This document shows positions 33,964 through 45,502 of a stretch of 64,000 nucleotides of DNA, piece by piece. Position 1 is the first letter of the stretch. Each line of letters opens with the position of its first letter. The DNA comes from Oikopleura dioica (lineage: Eukaryota > Animalia > Chordata): NCBI GenBank assembly GCA_907165135.1, contig OU015570.1, forward strand, positions 2,439,929 through 2,503,928, given 5' to 3'. The position numbers and the translations under genes were made by a program. The notes under the pieces are model-generated. The model was given only the letters and a program-made list of their open reading frames with translations. It did not search any database and was not told the origin of the DNA.

Positions 33964-34665
33964 CAGTGAAACCCCAACTTAAGGCCACTTTTTGGATGAC
34001 AGCTAATTTGAAAAATGGCCTAAAGTTGGATAATTCTCCCACTAAGTTGGATGACGCTTAAAATTTTCTATTTCTGGAGTAAGGGACTGAATCATGGGAA
34101 TGGAAAGAATCATGGGAAGAAGAAGGTCCGATCATTTATTGATGACAATGTGGTGGAGCATGATGACCTGGATATCAATGAAGAAGAGCTCGTGAAGAAG
34201 TCCAACGAAATCTTCATGAATATGAACCCAGCAATCATCAAGCGCTCATGGATCAATACTGGCCTCATTGACGAGAAAAAATAAGGAGGAGGATATTATA
34301 GAAGTTGAAGATCTCGATGTTGCTAAAATGGTATAAGAGAAAGAAGAGGAAGAAAATCTGGTGGAGCATTTCTTGGCTTTTCAAATTGATGAAACACGAG
34401 CTGCAACTCCGATGGAGGTTGAAGAAGTACCACAAGTTCAAGTGAGAGAAGATGCCGACGCTGAAAAGCCATTGACTTCAAAATCGCCAAAGAAGCAGCC
34501 GAAGATAACGAGTTTTTTATTAAAAAATTAATCTGCGATTTACTCACTGTAAATAAAAATTGAAAAAAAGTGGCCTTAAGTTGGATTTTTTTTTGGATGA
34601 CAGATTTCGGGGATTTTTCAAAAAAGTTGCCTTAAGCTGCTCGGCCTTAAGTTGGGGTTTCACTG
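33964..34665 (+). mobile_element. Internally deleted pogo-like DNA transposon
   Basis: TIRs cagtgaaaccccaacttaaggcc / ggccttaagttggggtttcactg with TA TSD. Internal IIKRSWINTGL resembles a pogo transposase C-terminus. Confidence 0.92.
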
Positions 34666-37600
34666 TAGATGATTTAATTTGTATTGACAGCGATTTTGAC
34701 AGTCACGTGAGAACCTTGGAATTAATTCTGAAAAAATGTGAAAAGCATGCGCTCTTATTGAGCGCGAAAAAGTCTAACCTGTATATGCGCAAAACAGAAT
34801 TCCTTGGTCACAAAATCTCGAGAGCCGGAATTCAGCCGACAGATTAACAAATCGATGCAATCAACAAAATTACAGTACCAACGTCAAGAAAGGAATTAAA
34901 AAGATATCTAGGAATGGTCACTTTCAACGCAAAATACGTAAAGGACGCGTTAATAATTATAGGCTATAATTTATAGCGCCCTTATACGAGCTCACCAGCC
35001 AAAAGAGAGAATTCATCTGGACTGATCGACACCAGAACGCGTTTTCGAAAATGAACTCTGAGCTCACTAAAAAACCGACACTTGGCCACTTTAAACTTGG
35101 CTCGAAGCTCTTACTCGTAACAGACAGCTCTAGTAAAAGTGTCGGAGGGACATTGTACCAGTACCAAGATGACAAGCTCATCACCCTTGAATACTTCTCG
35201 AAAGCTCTAACTGGACCCGATTTAATAAGAATTATGCGTGTTAAAGAATTATTCGCACTTATTTGGGCCATAAATCACTTCGAATTTTACCTTCTGAACA
35301 CGCATTTTGAAGCATACGTCGACCACAAATCATTACTGTTCCTATTCAAAGAGCAGCAACAATCAAAGCTAGATATCAAGTTTTGCAATATACAGTGCTA
35401 CCTGACTCAGTTCGACTTCACTATAATCCACAAACCTGGTAATAATGATGTCATGGCAAGTGATGATTACTTCACCCGACTACCAACGTCAGAAAGCTCT
35501 TTACTGGACGACGACGCTGCTCGATTCGAAGACATTCCAGAGCGAGAATACATGTTCCATCTCAAATCGCAAGACGATGAAAACATTGTTTTCTCATATG
35601 GATCCGAGAAAATAAATAGTAAGAAAATGATACAACTGCAAGACAACTGTAACCTCACTAAAGACAAAATTGTCAAAGCAAAAAAGCACAAGAAAACAAG
35701 ATTTTCTTTCAAAAATGACATTTTGTACGCACAAAATAGACTAGTGTTACCCGATCAGTTGGCTACCCAATTCATACAGTACCTTCACTGTATAACCGGA
35801 CACGGTGGATCAAAAGCGCTGACTGACATGTGCTTAAAATTTTTCATCAGCAACATTCAAGATAAAGTCCGCGCCATAACCAGCTCATGTCCTGTTTGTA
35901 TTCAAGTGAAACCTGTCAAGAAGCTCGAACCGTCAATGATAGAAAAAAGAAATTTCGAGTCTGTCCTCTTCGAAAAGACATTCATGGACCTGGTCGATTA
36001 TGGTCGCAAAGATAGCAATATTATGCGCTACTTGTTAACCTGCCGCGACTCACTCACCGGATTTTTGGATGGAGTGCCACTTGCATCCAAAATCTGATAA
36101 GTTGGTTGCAAAAGCCATACTTACTCTTGTCCTTCGACATGGCATAACCGAAACCGCTGTCACCGACAATGGTCGTGAATTTGGTCCTTCAACCGGCAGA
36201 TTTTTGAACGATTTTAACTAAGGCAAGAACCAACGACAGCGTATCGATCTTGCTCAAATGGCAAAGTCGAAAGACTCCACCGCAAAATCCACATACATTT
36301 GAAAAATATGAATGCAAACGATCGAAACTGGTCGCAAAAATGGGAACTATCAATGATAGTTCTAAAGAATTTAGAAAACGATAGATACTGCTAAAGAGCC
36401 TTTTATAAAAGCTCTCAACTATAACATCTCAAAACTACATCCTGCAATACAATAATTCCAAGTTGAACGATACCAAAAACAGCTCCGACTCGACAAAAAC
36501 AACTGCCCTGTTTTAGAAAAAGGTTCAGTAGTGCTCGTCTGGAAGCCGAATATTTCTGATGGAAAGCTTGGGACCAATTGGACTGGACCTTATTTCATCC
36601 ACAAAAGAATTTCTAAAGACTCCTACATTGTTAAATGTGACCTCACAAAACGTGAATATAGAAGACACATATCGCTTAAACGCCCCGTAAAAAATATGGT
36701 TGGCAATTTGACGAAATTTAGAACGATCGAAAACGAGCAAGAAATGAAATCACCACAAGATGATGTTAAAAAAAGGAATCGACTTTATGCAAGACAGAAA
36801 GTCAAACTTAGTTAATTTTTTAAGAATGGCCCATTCAAGTTTATTTGATATATCTGCGAAAATTTCAAAATAAGGGTCGAAATAAAAATTTTTGAAAAAA
36901 AGTTACAGTTTTTTTCCTCTTTTGTGGACCCCAAGTTTGTGGACATTTTTTCCATTTTAAGGCCTTTAAGTGGGACACTTTATAAAAGATGCTGTTCCAA
37001 GTTTGTGGACATTTTTTCGCGGAAAGAAATAAAAAAGACAATTTTTTTTGTGGTGAGATTAATTCTTGCTAATCAAGATCGAGTTGTTCATCGTTTACGA
37101 AAAAAAAACAAAATTAAAGGTTCAACTAGAGACAAAGGGGCCTTTGCCAGTCTTTCAGGAGCATAAATGCAAAGTCTAGAAAACCATTCGGCGTACTCAA
37201 ATCTCGAAAAAAAATTTTAATCGATTTCGATGGGACATTTTTTCGGAAGACGTTGCCCAAGTTTGTGGACATTTTTCGAAAATTTTGGGACAAAAAATGT
37301 CCACAAGAGAGGAAAAGAACTGTACTTGAGCCAAGATCTGGGCGAGCGGCGGCAATTCAGCACACGAGCGCCACCCATCCATCGCGGCGCGCCGCGCACA
37401 CCGGCGATTTTTCGCCATTTTCACGACTCTAGAACTCGGGTTCTAGTAAAGATTTTTAAATTCTGATTTCAGATTTGAAATCAGGGGAATGAATTTAGGG
37501 GGACACTAAAAATGGTTATTTGTTTTTAAAGCATTTTAAAATTTTAAAATTATTTGGGTGCGAACCCTAGTACCTCTGTTTGCGCACTACTTAACGTGTT

Positions 37601-37706
37601 CGGCCTCCCTACTCACTTCCTACATACCACTGATGACTTGGTTGTGGACCTAAGCTTAGCCGATCTGCGTTATGTACCTTTGATGCATCTGTATGCCTAT
37701 TCCATT

Positions 37707-38113
37707 ATGGCAGGACAGGAGAGTTATGTAAATCGATGCTATTCTCTTCCACAAGAGCCACATTACCCTGCGATGACGTTACCTCAACCTCTCCAGCCTA
37801 CAGGTCGCGATGATTTCATGATGACTCGCACCATGTATCAAACGTGAGTTAATTTTCTATCTTGAGATGACCACTCATATCCCCTAACACTCTTCTTTTC
37901 AGTCATCTCCAGGCTCTGGTCCAGGCTCACAACCAGTTCCTTCAAGACAACGAGTATCAACAGCCTTCTCGTGCTCGAATGAATAGTCTTATTCAGCAGC
38001 TCGGTGGCCAGAATCCCCACCTCCTCAATAACACTACCTCTGATTGTCGACGCGCTCTGGACCGGCTCCATGTCCACCTTCATACATCGACCCATCCTTT
38101 AAACGCTTATTGA
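37707..38113 (+). CDS. Small orphan gene A, 2 exons (37707-37843, 37903-38113), about 115 aa
   Basis: A 59-nt gtgagt...ttttcag intron joins the exons in frame (MYQT|HLQALVQ). Confidence 0.55.
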
Positions 38114-38145
38114 AACCAGATATTTCCACTTTCTCTCCAATAGCT

Positions 38146-38410
38146 GCCAGAGGGCCTGTGTTCATCTCCTCTTTGTGGTCAGCCTCAGTGTCCAGTCAAC
38201 CTTGATCGATTGCACCAGTTGCTCGAAGTGTCGGCGGACTTTCAGCAGAACCACGAACCAAATCTCACCTTTCTCAAGTTCAAGAGCAAGCACTTTTTGC
38301 CAAACACCAACTCCTACATTCCAAAGGAGAGACTAGAGAAAGGTTACCAACCAGTTTATTCAGCTATAACTAATCCGTATGTTTTAAGCATTGAAATAAC
38401 CGGTTCTTGA
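38146..38410 (+). CDS. Orphan exon/gene B
   Basis: Open frame of about 87 codons after a ttctctccaatag acceptor; start not resolved. Confidence 0.35.
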
Positions 38411-38432
38411 ACCTGACCGCCCCGAAAACAGT

Positions 38433-41400
38433 ATGGCTGAGGTGCCAGCCTTAACCGTTCATCTGACTGCGAACGGATTCTCTATCGAAACCGCAACCTT
38501 GCTGCTGTCTCACAACTCAGTACGAATATTTGGGGTATATAACACCTCCGGCTCTTCAAGCCGAACTGATTGGCGACTGAACACCACACTGCCCTCTGCC
38601 TTCTGTCCTCAAACTGATGTCTTTCGGGTAGTATGGAAAAATGTTTCGGTAAAACTCCCGAAATATGGTGAGCTTATTTTCTGATTAATATTTCGGTAAC
38701 AGCCGAAACTTTTTTCACTTTTTTTCCACTTTTTGAGCAAAAATGTTTCGGCATGCTACCGAAATCTTTTTCACTTTCAAATTCGTTTCTAGCAATAAAA
38801 TTTCGGCAAAAAAGGGGGCGAGATGACAGAAATCAAGGAATCTGAGTTCCTCTGACCACGGGGCTTCGCCCCTTAGGTCCTAAGATGCCGGGGTCTAGTC
38901 TAGGGTTACTTAGGGTTACCTTCAGTAACCCTAACTAACCCTAGCCTATCCCCCTCGGGTAATTTGTTCCGTCATTTTTGCAGGTGCCCCTAACCCTAAC
39001 CTTTATTTTAGCAAATACTAAGATTATAATTTTTATTCGGTTTGTCCTCGCCTGGTCCAAATCCTTGCCTGGTCCAAATCCTTACCTGGTCCAAATTCCT
39101 TACCTGGTCCAAAATCGAAAATGGATCAGGCGAGGATTTGGACCAGGTAAGGATTTGGACCAGGCGAGGAATCTGAATTTTAAAAATTTTTGAAAACAAA
39201 AAATGAGTAACCAGACCAAAACAAATTTCTTCTTGACTCCCTCCGAGACAAAAAATTTGAAATTTTGAAAAATTTAAAATTAAATTTCCGTTTTTTATTA
39301 AATTATTATAAACATTTAAAATGTTCTTATAAGTTTCACTTGATAAATAAGAAAATAATGGGGAAATGTCGCGAATCGACAAAAATCCTTTTGAAGGAAC
39401 TTCAAAATCTTTAGATTTTGTGAGATTTTTCTGGTCCCATCCTAGACAAGAAGCTCTACTCGTTTGTAGAAAACTTTTCTCTTGCATCACCATTCAGCTG
39501 ACTTTTTATAATGGCCGAAAGTCCGGTTTTCTAAGTTGGGGGTTATATGATACAGTTTAAGAAAACCTAGAAGCAAATTTGCTTAGCTGAGCTGAGTGAG
39601 CTGAGCCAGCAGTTGCTCGACAAGGATTCTTGAAAATGATCTGATCTGCTCAGCTCAGACAATTATCACTTAGCTTAGCTGAATGATTATAAGTTATAAT
39701 TTATAACACAATTTGACTACTAAAAGCACAGTTAAAAACGGCTCAGCTCAGCTCTAATTAGGGTACGCTCAGCTCAGCTCAATGACCTCTGAAAAGGCCA
39801 GCTCGTCGAGTTTTCCGGAATTTCCAGTTTTCAACCCAATTTTTAGCGCCCCAGATGGCCAAAAACGGCTTTGCACTAAGATTTCTGAAAGCTCAGAGCC
39901 TGATAAAGCCTAAAGGGTTCCCCCGTTTTGGCCATCTTTGACTCGAAATTCAGCCGATTTGGGCTTATGAATCGGGACGTTCAATAGCTCTTTTGAAAGC
40001 TGGTGTGCTATCTGTTATTCTCTAGTACAGAGATATATTTTGCTCAAGGCAAACCTACCTCTATGAGGTAGGGAAAACTCAAGAAATTCGAAAAACGCCA
40101 TTTTAGGCAATTTTTGAATAGAAATTCAGCCGATTCGGGCTTAGAAAATTTCTTTTGAACAACTATTTTTATCCATTTTTGGCATTTTTGGTCTTTCATT
40201 GCTTTTTAGCGCCAATGGGCAAAAATTTCTAATGCGGTTATTATTTTCTTAATTGGCAGATTCGGTAAGCTTTCGAAAGACCCCTTATATGGCATATTTA
40301 GATGTCATTAAAAAACCGAAAAAATCCGATTTTCACGCTTAGTACATTTTATATTCATTTTTGCAACTTTTGAAGGCCAAGATCTCGGGGAAAGATGTTT
40401 GTAAGGGGGTCTTGTGACACATCAAAATGATCCTCAGAAAACGGAGAATCTAAAAATGTCAAACATGGACCCTTATCACAGAGTTGAAGAAACAGGGAGG
40501 ATCCCTTAATATAAGCCTTGAAGGCTTAAAATTAGGTACAATAAAAACGCCTGGTCTGGGACGGTCAAAAATACGCCTGGTTTGGGACGGTCGGGCCGTT
40601 TAAAGATCAAAGGCACACGCCGTCCCAGACCAGGCGTTTTTACTGTTCCCGCTGAAGTCAGAATGGTTATTTTTGGTCATCAATTTTTGTTGTTCTTTCA
40701 GCCCAAATCTGATAAGGTACACCAGGGACTACTTTTAGTCCAAGAAAAATATTTTTTTGAAAAATTTCCCACGTGACCATTTTCTTAGGAATAAATCATC
40801 TTTTTGGCTCCAATTTAGCCTTAGAATTATTGTTATCTTTATAAATCTAAAAGAATTCAAATACTTCTCTCAAAAAAATTCTCGAAGGGGGAAACTTATA
40901 AGAACATTTTGAAAAAACGGAAATTTAATTCAAAATTTTTCAGAATTTTAAATTTTTTGTCTCGGATGGGGGTCAAGAAAAAATTTGTTTTGGTCTGGTT
41001 ACTCATTTTTTGTTTTCAAAAATTTTTCAAATTAAAATTCCTCGCCTGGTCCAAATCCTTACCTGGTCCAATTTCCTTACCTGGTCCATTTTCAATTTTG
41101 GACCAGGCAAGGATTTGGACCAGGCAGGATTTGGACCAGGCGAGGATTTGGACCAGGCGAGGACAAACCTTTTTATTCATCGAGTTCCTCCATTTTCGTG
41201 AAATGAAGAATGAACCCCGACAAATGATCTTCGGAAAATGAGAACAGAAAATTACTCGAGATTTTTGAGGTGAAGAACTGATAAGGCAAACTCATTCAAT
41301 GCACACACCAGCGCAAATCAGGATGAGAATGGAAAAACCAGCCGAAACTTTATTGCTCAAAAGACATCAATTTCTTATTTTTATTTCGGCTCGTACCGAA

Positions 41401-41725
41401 ATATTTTTCCTAAAAATGAGTCTTATTTGTATAATTCTTTCGGCTGCCTGCCGAAATATTTATCACATTTGACCCCTTGAAAGTAATTAATATTTCGGTC
41501 GCTTTTACCGAAACATTTTTCCATACTACGGTCTTTCGGGGTCTGGTATCTTTAAAGATCAGCATGCCAACCCGACTCAGTGCTCGCTTCTTGTGCGCCG
41601 AGCCTCGTGCCGCTGGATTTTTGGATCAATACGGTGATTACCGCCGTGACGACCATCGGGGCCGCAACAATCGCGACTCTCAGCCCGCAGCTCAGAATTT
41701 GGAACCACCTGCTCCCGCGACATAA
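38433..41725 (+). pseudogene. Orphan gene C (about 126 aa) split by a 2.9-kb insertion
   Basis: ORF halves ...PQTDVFR | GLVSLKISM... rejoin in frame when 38628-41539 (element plus one TSD copy) is removed. Confidence 0.7.
38628..41529. mobile_element. Mutator-like composite non-autonomous element with nested inverted repeats and MITEs
   Basis: TIRs gtagtatggaaaaatgtttcggtaaaa / reverse complement, with duplicated gtctttcgg. Inner inverted arms of about 300 bp at 39040-39345 and 40885-41170. Confidence 0.85.
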
Positions 41726-41987
41726 AAACCTATCTCATCACTCATTTGAACTGTATCGTTTTGTTAGTGAAGCCTCTTTCTTGATGTTATCTTTTTCACC
41801 AAAAACACCTCAACTGACTACTGTTGCTCACTTTATTCCCTCTGTTCTTTTCTATCTTAAAAAAACTCTTAAATACTCAGTAACTGAGTCAGTTCAATAA
41901 ACCCATAGTACTTTCAAGTTTTTGACTGTTTTACGTTTTTGAGCATTTGAATTTAAGACTGATGTCAGAACCTAGAACTAAGTAGCA

Positions 41988-42730
41988 ATGGTTTCGTCTC
42001 GCGATAACTGTCCTTGCTGCCATCAAGCCTTCCAGCCCCCTTATCGCGCTGAGGTCGTTTTTCTTCTTGTGGGCATCTGTGGTGCCTGAGTTGCCTTCTG
42101 GTTCATAGCCAGCTCGATCCGCATTCACAGGCTCCTCATATTCTATGCCCCAAGTGTGCTGTCTCCAGTATTTTCCAGCCTTACGGAGTTGTGTATGTTC
42201 TGTGTCGCGAGCCGGAAACTCAGGCTCCTACTGCTGGTCTTACTGACTCTGCCGCTCGAGAAGCTGCTGACACTCCCGCTAACCATGATCGTGTCGAGAC
42301 CGCTGATGATCCTCCAACTTCTACTACCGAGACGGATCTTCAGATGTCATGTGACCCTCCATCTCCAGCTGCGCCTGCGGAGGTGTCTCTATCGCCCGCG
42401 AATCCATCTGCTTCTGACGCTGAGTTTGAACTCTTTCTGTCTGATCGGCCTGGCTTGTTTCCGGTTGAGACTACACGTGGTACCATCCGCAACGATAATC
42501 CTCGCAGCCTTGTTGTCGCTGGTGTAGCTCCATTTGTCCCGAACAACGCCGTAGACGTCGCCGCATCTCGCCCTGACGATACCGACGACGAGTCCTTGTT
42601 TGAGATACCGTCACGTCCGCCACGCACTCCCCGACGCACAGCTGTGCCCTCTCGTCTGCGCGGCCGTGGTCGCGGCATCGTTTCCTTCCCTTACCGTGAG
42701 CCTCGATCTTCCGAGGAGAGTGGCTTTTAG
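41988..42730 (+). pseudogene. RING-HC finger gene 1 (about 247 aa) with a 1-nt frameshift near 42060
   Basis: CPCC...(shift)...CGHLWCLSC...CPKC, followed by a low-complexity P/S/T/D tail. Confidence 0.75.
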
Positions 42731-42743
42731 GTAAGTTACTCGA

Positions 42744-43075
42744 TTATCTCGTTATAGCAACAATATGGCTTTGGACCATACTGACAATTCCTTTTAGTAC
42801 CTCTAACTGGCGTTTCTTAGCCCTAATCCTTCTGAGTCTTGCTCTGGCGACCATTTGACCGTGCCCCTTCGTTATGGCCTCACTTCTTCTGGATTCTTTC
42901 ATATTCTCACGTTCGCACGCTTTTACTTTCGCCATTCTTTCATTTTGCACTTTTTTCCAATTTTTCCCTCAATACCTCTATTGGTTTCACTACCTTTTCA
43001 GCAAATTTCTTCACATTTTGTTCAGTTCTGATATTTCCGATGTATAGTTTGTTTAATAACTGCCTAGTATTTTAT
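42744..43075 (-). pseudogene. Small basic convergent ORF, frameshifted
   Basis: Two overlapping K/E/R-rich frames converge on RING gene 1. Confidence 0.3.
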
Positions 43076-43150
43076 TAGTAATGGCTAGTGTCACAGTAGG
43101 ATCTCCTGCTTAACTTTTGTGTTTTAAGATATAACTATTCCGGTCCTTCA

Positions 43151-43558
43151 ATGTCAGCTACCGGCTCTCGTTCCCTCCCCTTCCGATGTCCCAAGTGCAG
43201 TGATATGTACAACTCCGAACATTGCCAGGAGATAGTTCTCACCCGTTGCCGTCATACCGTGTGTCTTGGTTGTTTCGTCCATTCTGGCTTTTGGTGCCAT
43301 GACACTAGAGCTACCAACTCCGATTACAACTATTTCGTCGACGGCGACCGAGGCGCAGCTGTGGTGCCATGCCCAGTTTGCCATTTGCCTTCTCCGTTCG
43401 CGCCCGGATCCGTAGTGTTCCCTTTGCGGGAGACTTTCCGGGAATTCCATAATGCGGGTGTTCCATCTACCGACTACTGCATTAGAAAAATCGTCATATT
43501 TTCTAGCCGTGCTGGGGTGTTTTTTTTCAGTGGACGTGAAAGAACAGTGTCTTATTAG
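43151..43558 (+). CDS. RING-HC finger gene 2 (135 aa)
   Basis: CPKC-x16-CRHTVCLGC-x32-CPVC. Confidence 0.8.
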   Translation: MSATGSRSLPFRCPKCSDMYNSEHCQEIVLTRCRHTVCLGCFVHSGFWCHDTRATNSDYNYFVDGDRGAAVVPCPVCHLPSPFAPGSVVFPLRETFREFHNAGVPSTDYCIRKIVIFSSRAGVFFFSGRERTVSY

Positions 43559-43904
43559 TCTAAAACCACTTTTAAAAGAAATAAAAAATTTTTGGGGAGA
43601 CGATTTTCGGGGGGTCAAAATCGTGAAAATGGTGCATTTTCTAGTTTTTGGCTCCGCATTTCTTCGGCTCACCCCCTTTTCATATTTCTGTCATGATAGT
43701 ATGTAAGAGCAGACATTTTTAAACTTGAATTAAGCAAAAACCGATCATAAATAAGAAGAAAATTCCGAGCTATGCTTAAGAGAAAGGTCCAAACACGCCA
43801 TTTTTTGGCCATTTTTCGCCATTTTTTTCATTATTTGAATAAATGAATAAATGACCTTCCTCGGCCAGTTAATGGCCACTTGAGGCCAACTTCGGTCAGT
43901 TTGT

Positions 43905-44575
43905 GCCGGAGGACCTCCCGGAGGACCCTTCTGCTGGAAGACAGGTTGCTGGAAGACAATATTTAAAAATTAAATAGAAATGAAAAATGAAGCCTTGAAT
44001 AGAAAGTAATTGCCATATTTGGCCATTTATTGCCGGAGAACCTCCCGGAGGACCCTCTTACTGGAAGACCAACCAAACTGCTTGAAAACCAAAATAAAGA
44101 AAAAATCAATAAAGAGCCTTGAATTTCTACAAGTTCTTACGTTCGGCCACTCTGAGTCACTTAATGCCGGAGGAACTCGCGGAGGACCCCTCTGCTGGAA
44201 GACAGGTTGCTGGAAGACAGGGTGCTCGAAGACAAATATTTAAAAATTAAATGCAAATGAAATATGAAGCCTTGATTGAACAGATATTGCCACATTTGGC
44301 CGTTTATTGCCGGACAACCTCCCGGAGGACTCTCTAAGTGGAAGACCAACCAGACTGCTTGAAAACAAAAATATAGAAAAGATCAATAAAGAGCCTTGAA
44401 TGTCCACAAGTTCCCACGTTCGGCCACTTTGAGTCACTTAATGCCGGAGGACCTCCTGGAGGAACCCTTGGGTAGAAGACTTACAGCTTAAAGACCAAAA
44501 TTTTAAATCTTTTATTTAATTAGCCTTGTCTGGCCATGAGTTGCCAATATTCGCCAGTTCTCGTCTTTTTCTGCG
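43905..44575. repeat. Degenerate tandem repeats (ccggaggacctcccggaggacc...tggaagac units)
   Basis: About 5-6 copies at 110-130 bp spacing. Confidence 0.85.
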
Positions 44576-45502
44576 GAAGAACCTCCAGAAGAACCCTCGG
44601 GTGGAAGACAAATTCCTTGGAATCTTAAAGCGAATAAATCATTCAGGGAAGCTATTCAAAAAATTGGATTCTGCCAGGGATGATCAGGAAACAACATCAA
44701 CAAGGTTAATGAAAATTTTCCAGATCATCGCGTTTCTATAAACAAAAAGCCTTTATTGTTTTCGACGTGCTATTTTGTCATTAACGGTTCGATGATCTAT
44801 CTCGCTTTCCCTCGAATTAAAGTGAAACATTCAAGAAAATCCGGTCGTCGCAAATGTTTTTTCCCCTTTTTTTTGACTAATTTTTGGCCTTAACGATTTC
44901 GAATTTTCTAATTTATCATTGAAATCAACCCGAAGAGAATTATTTGCTCAAACAGTAGAGAAACGGTTTTAAAAAAAATATTCAATATTTTATTATGATT
45001 TTTTATAACCTGTTTGAAGAGAGCGAAACAGTTTTTGAGCTTCTAAGAAAATGATGGAAAAATTTGCAATGGCGCATTTGAAATCAGTGTAAAAGCTGGC
45101 CTTCAAGTTAATTGGTTATACATAATAACATTTATTTGAATTAAAATAAAATAATTCATAAATAAATAATCAATTAAAAGACGAGAATTATCCAGGACAG
45201 AAAACAAGCGCGGAAATAAAGGAACGGGAACAAACATGATGTCGTCAAGAACTTTTAATTGTGACACGATGTTTTTGTTTAAATTTAATTCATCTTTCTT
45301 TTTATTCTGGAAATAATTTTTGTGAAATTCCTACTGAAGATTTATGAAAATCAATGCGCAGATTCACGCGAGAAACTTCGTGAATATGATATGAACATGA
45401 AAAAATTTTTTGGTTTCAATTGGATCATTGACACAAATTTGACGGATGGTTAAGATTAGAGTCCAACATTTTAGGATTAAATACTTTTTTCAGAGTGCAC
45501 AG

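Larger units (their letters stand above)
18043..36815 (+). mobile_element. Older Ty3/gypsy element (host of the nested env-bearing element and three MITEs); no 3' LTR in the window
   Basis: LTR 18043-18393 and PBS TGGTGACTGA at 18397. gag 18694-20447 resumes at 31958. pol runs 32020-36815. Confidence 0.88.
32020..36815 (+). pseudogene. pol: Pol of the older element, interrupted by MITEs
   Basis: PR MLDTGG; RT KKPDSSIRISLD and IIYL|DDLICI; RNase H VTDSSSKSVGG; IN HCITGHGG..CPVC, VTDNGREF, NGKVERLHR. Confidence 0.93.

Noticed and set aside
39583-39810. GAGCT pentamers like Ig switch regions (inverted copy at 54590-54720)
   Set aside because: The tracts are short and belong to a dispersed MITE family; there is no Ig context.
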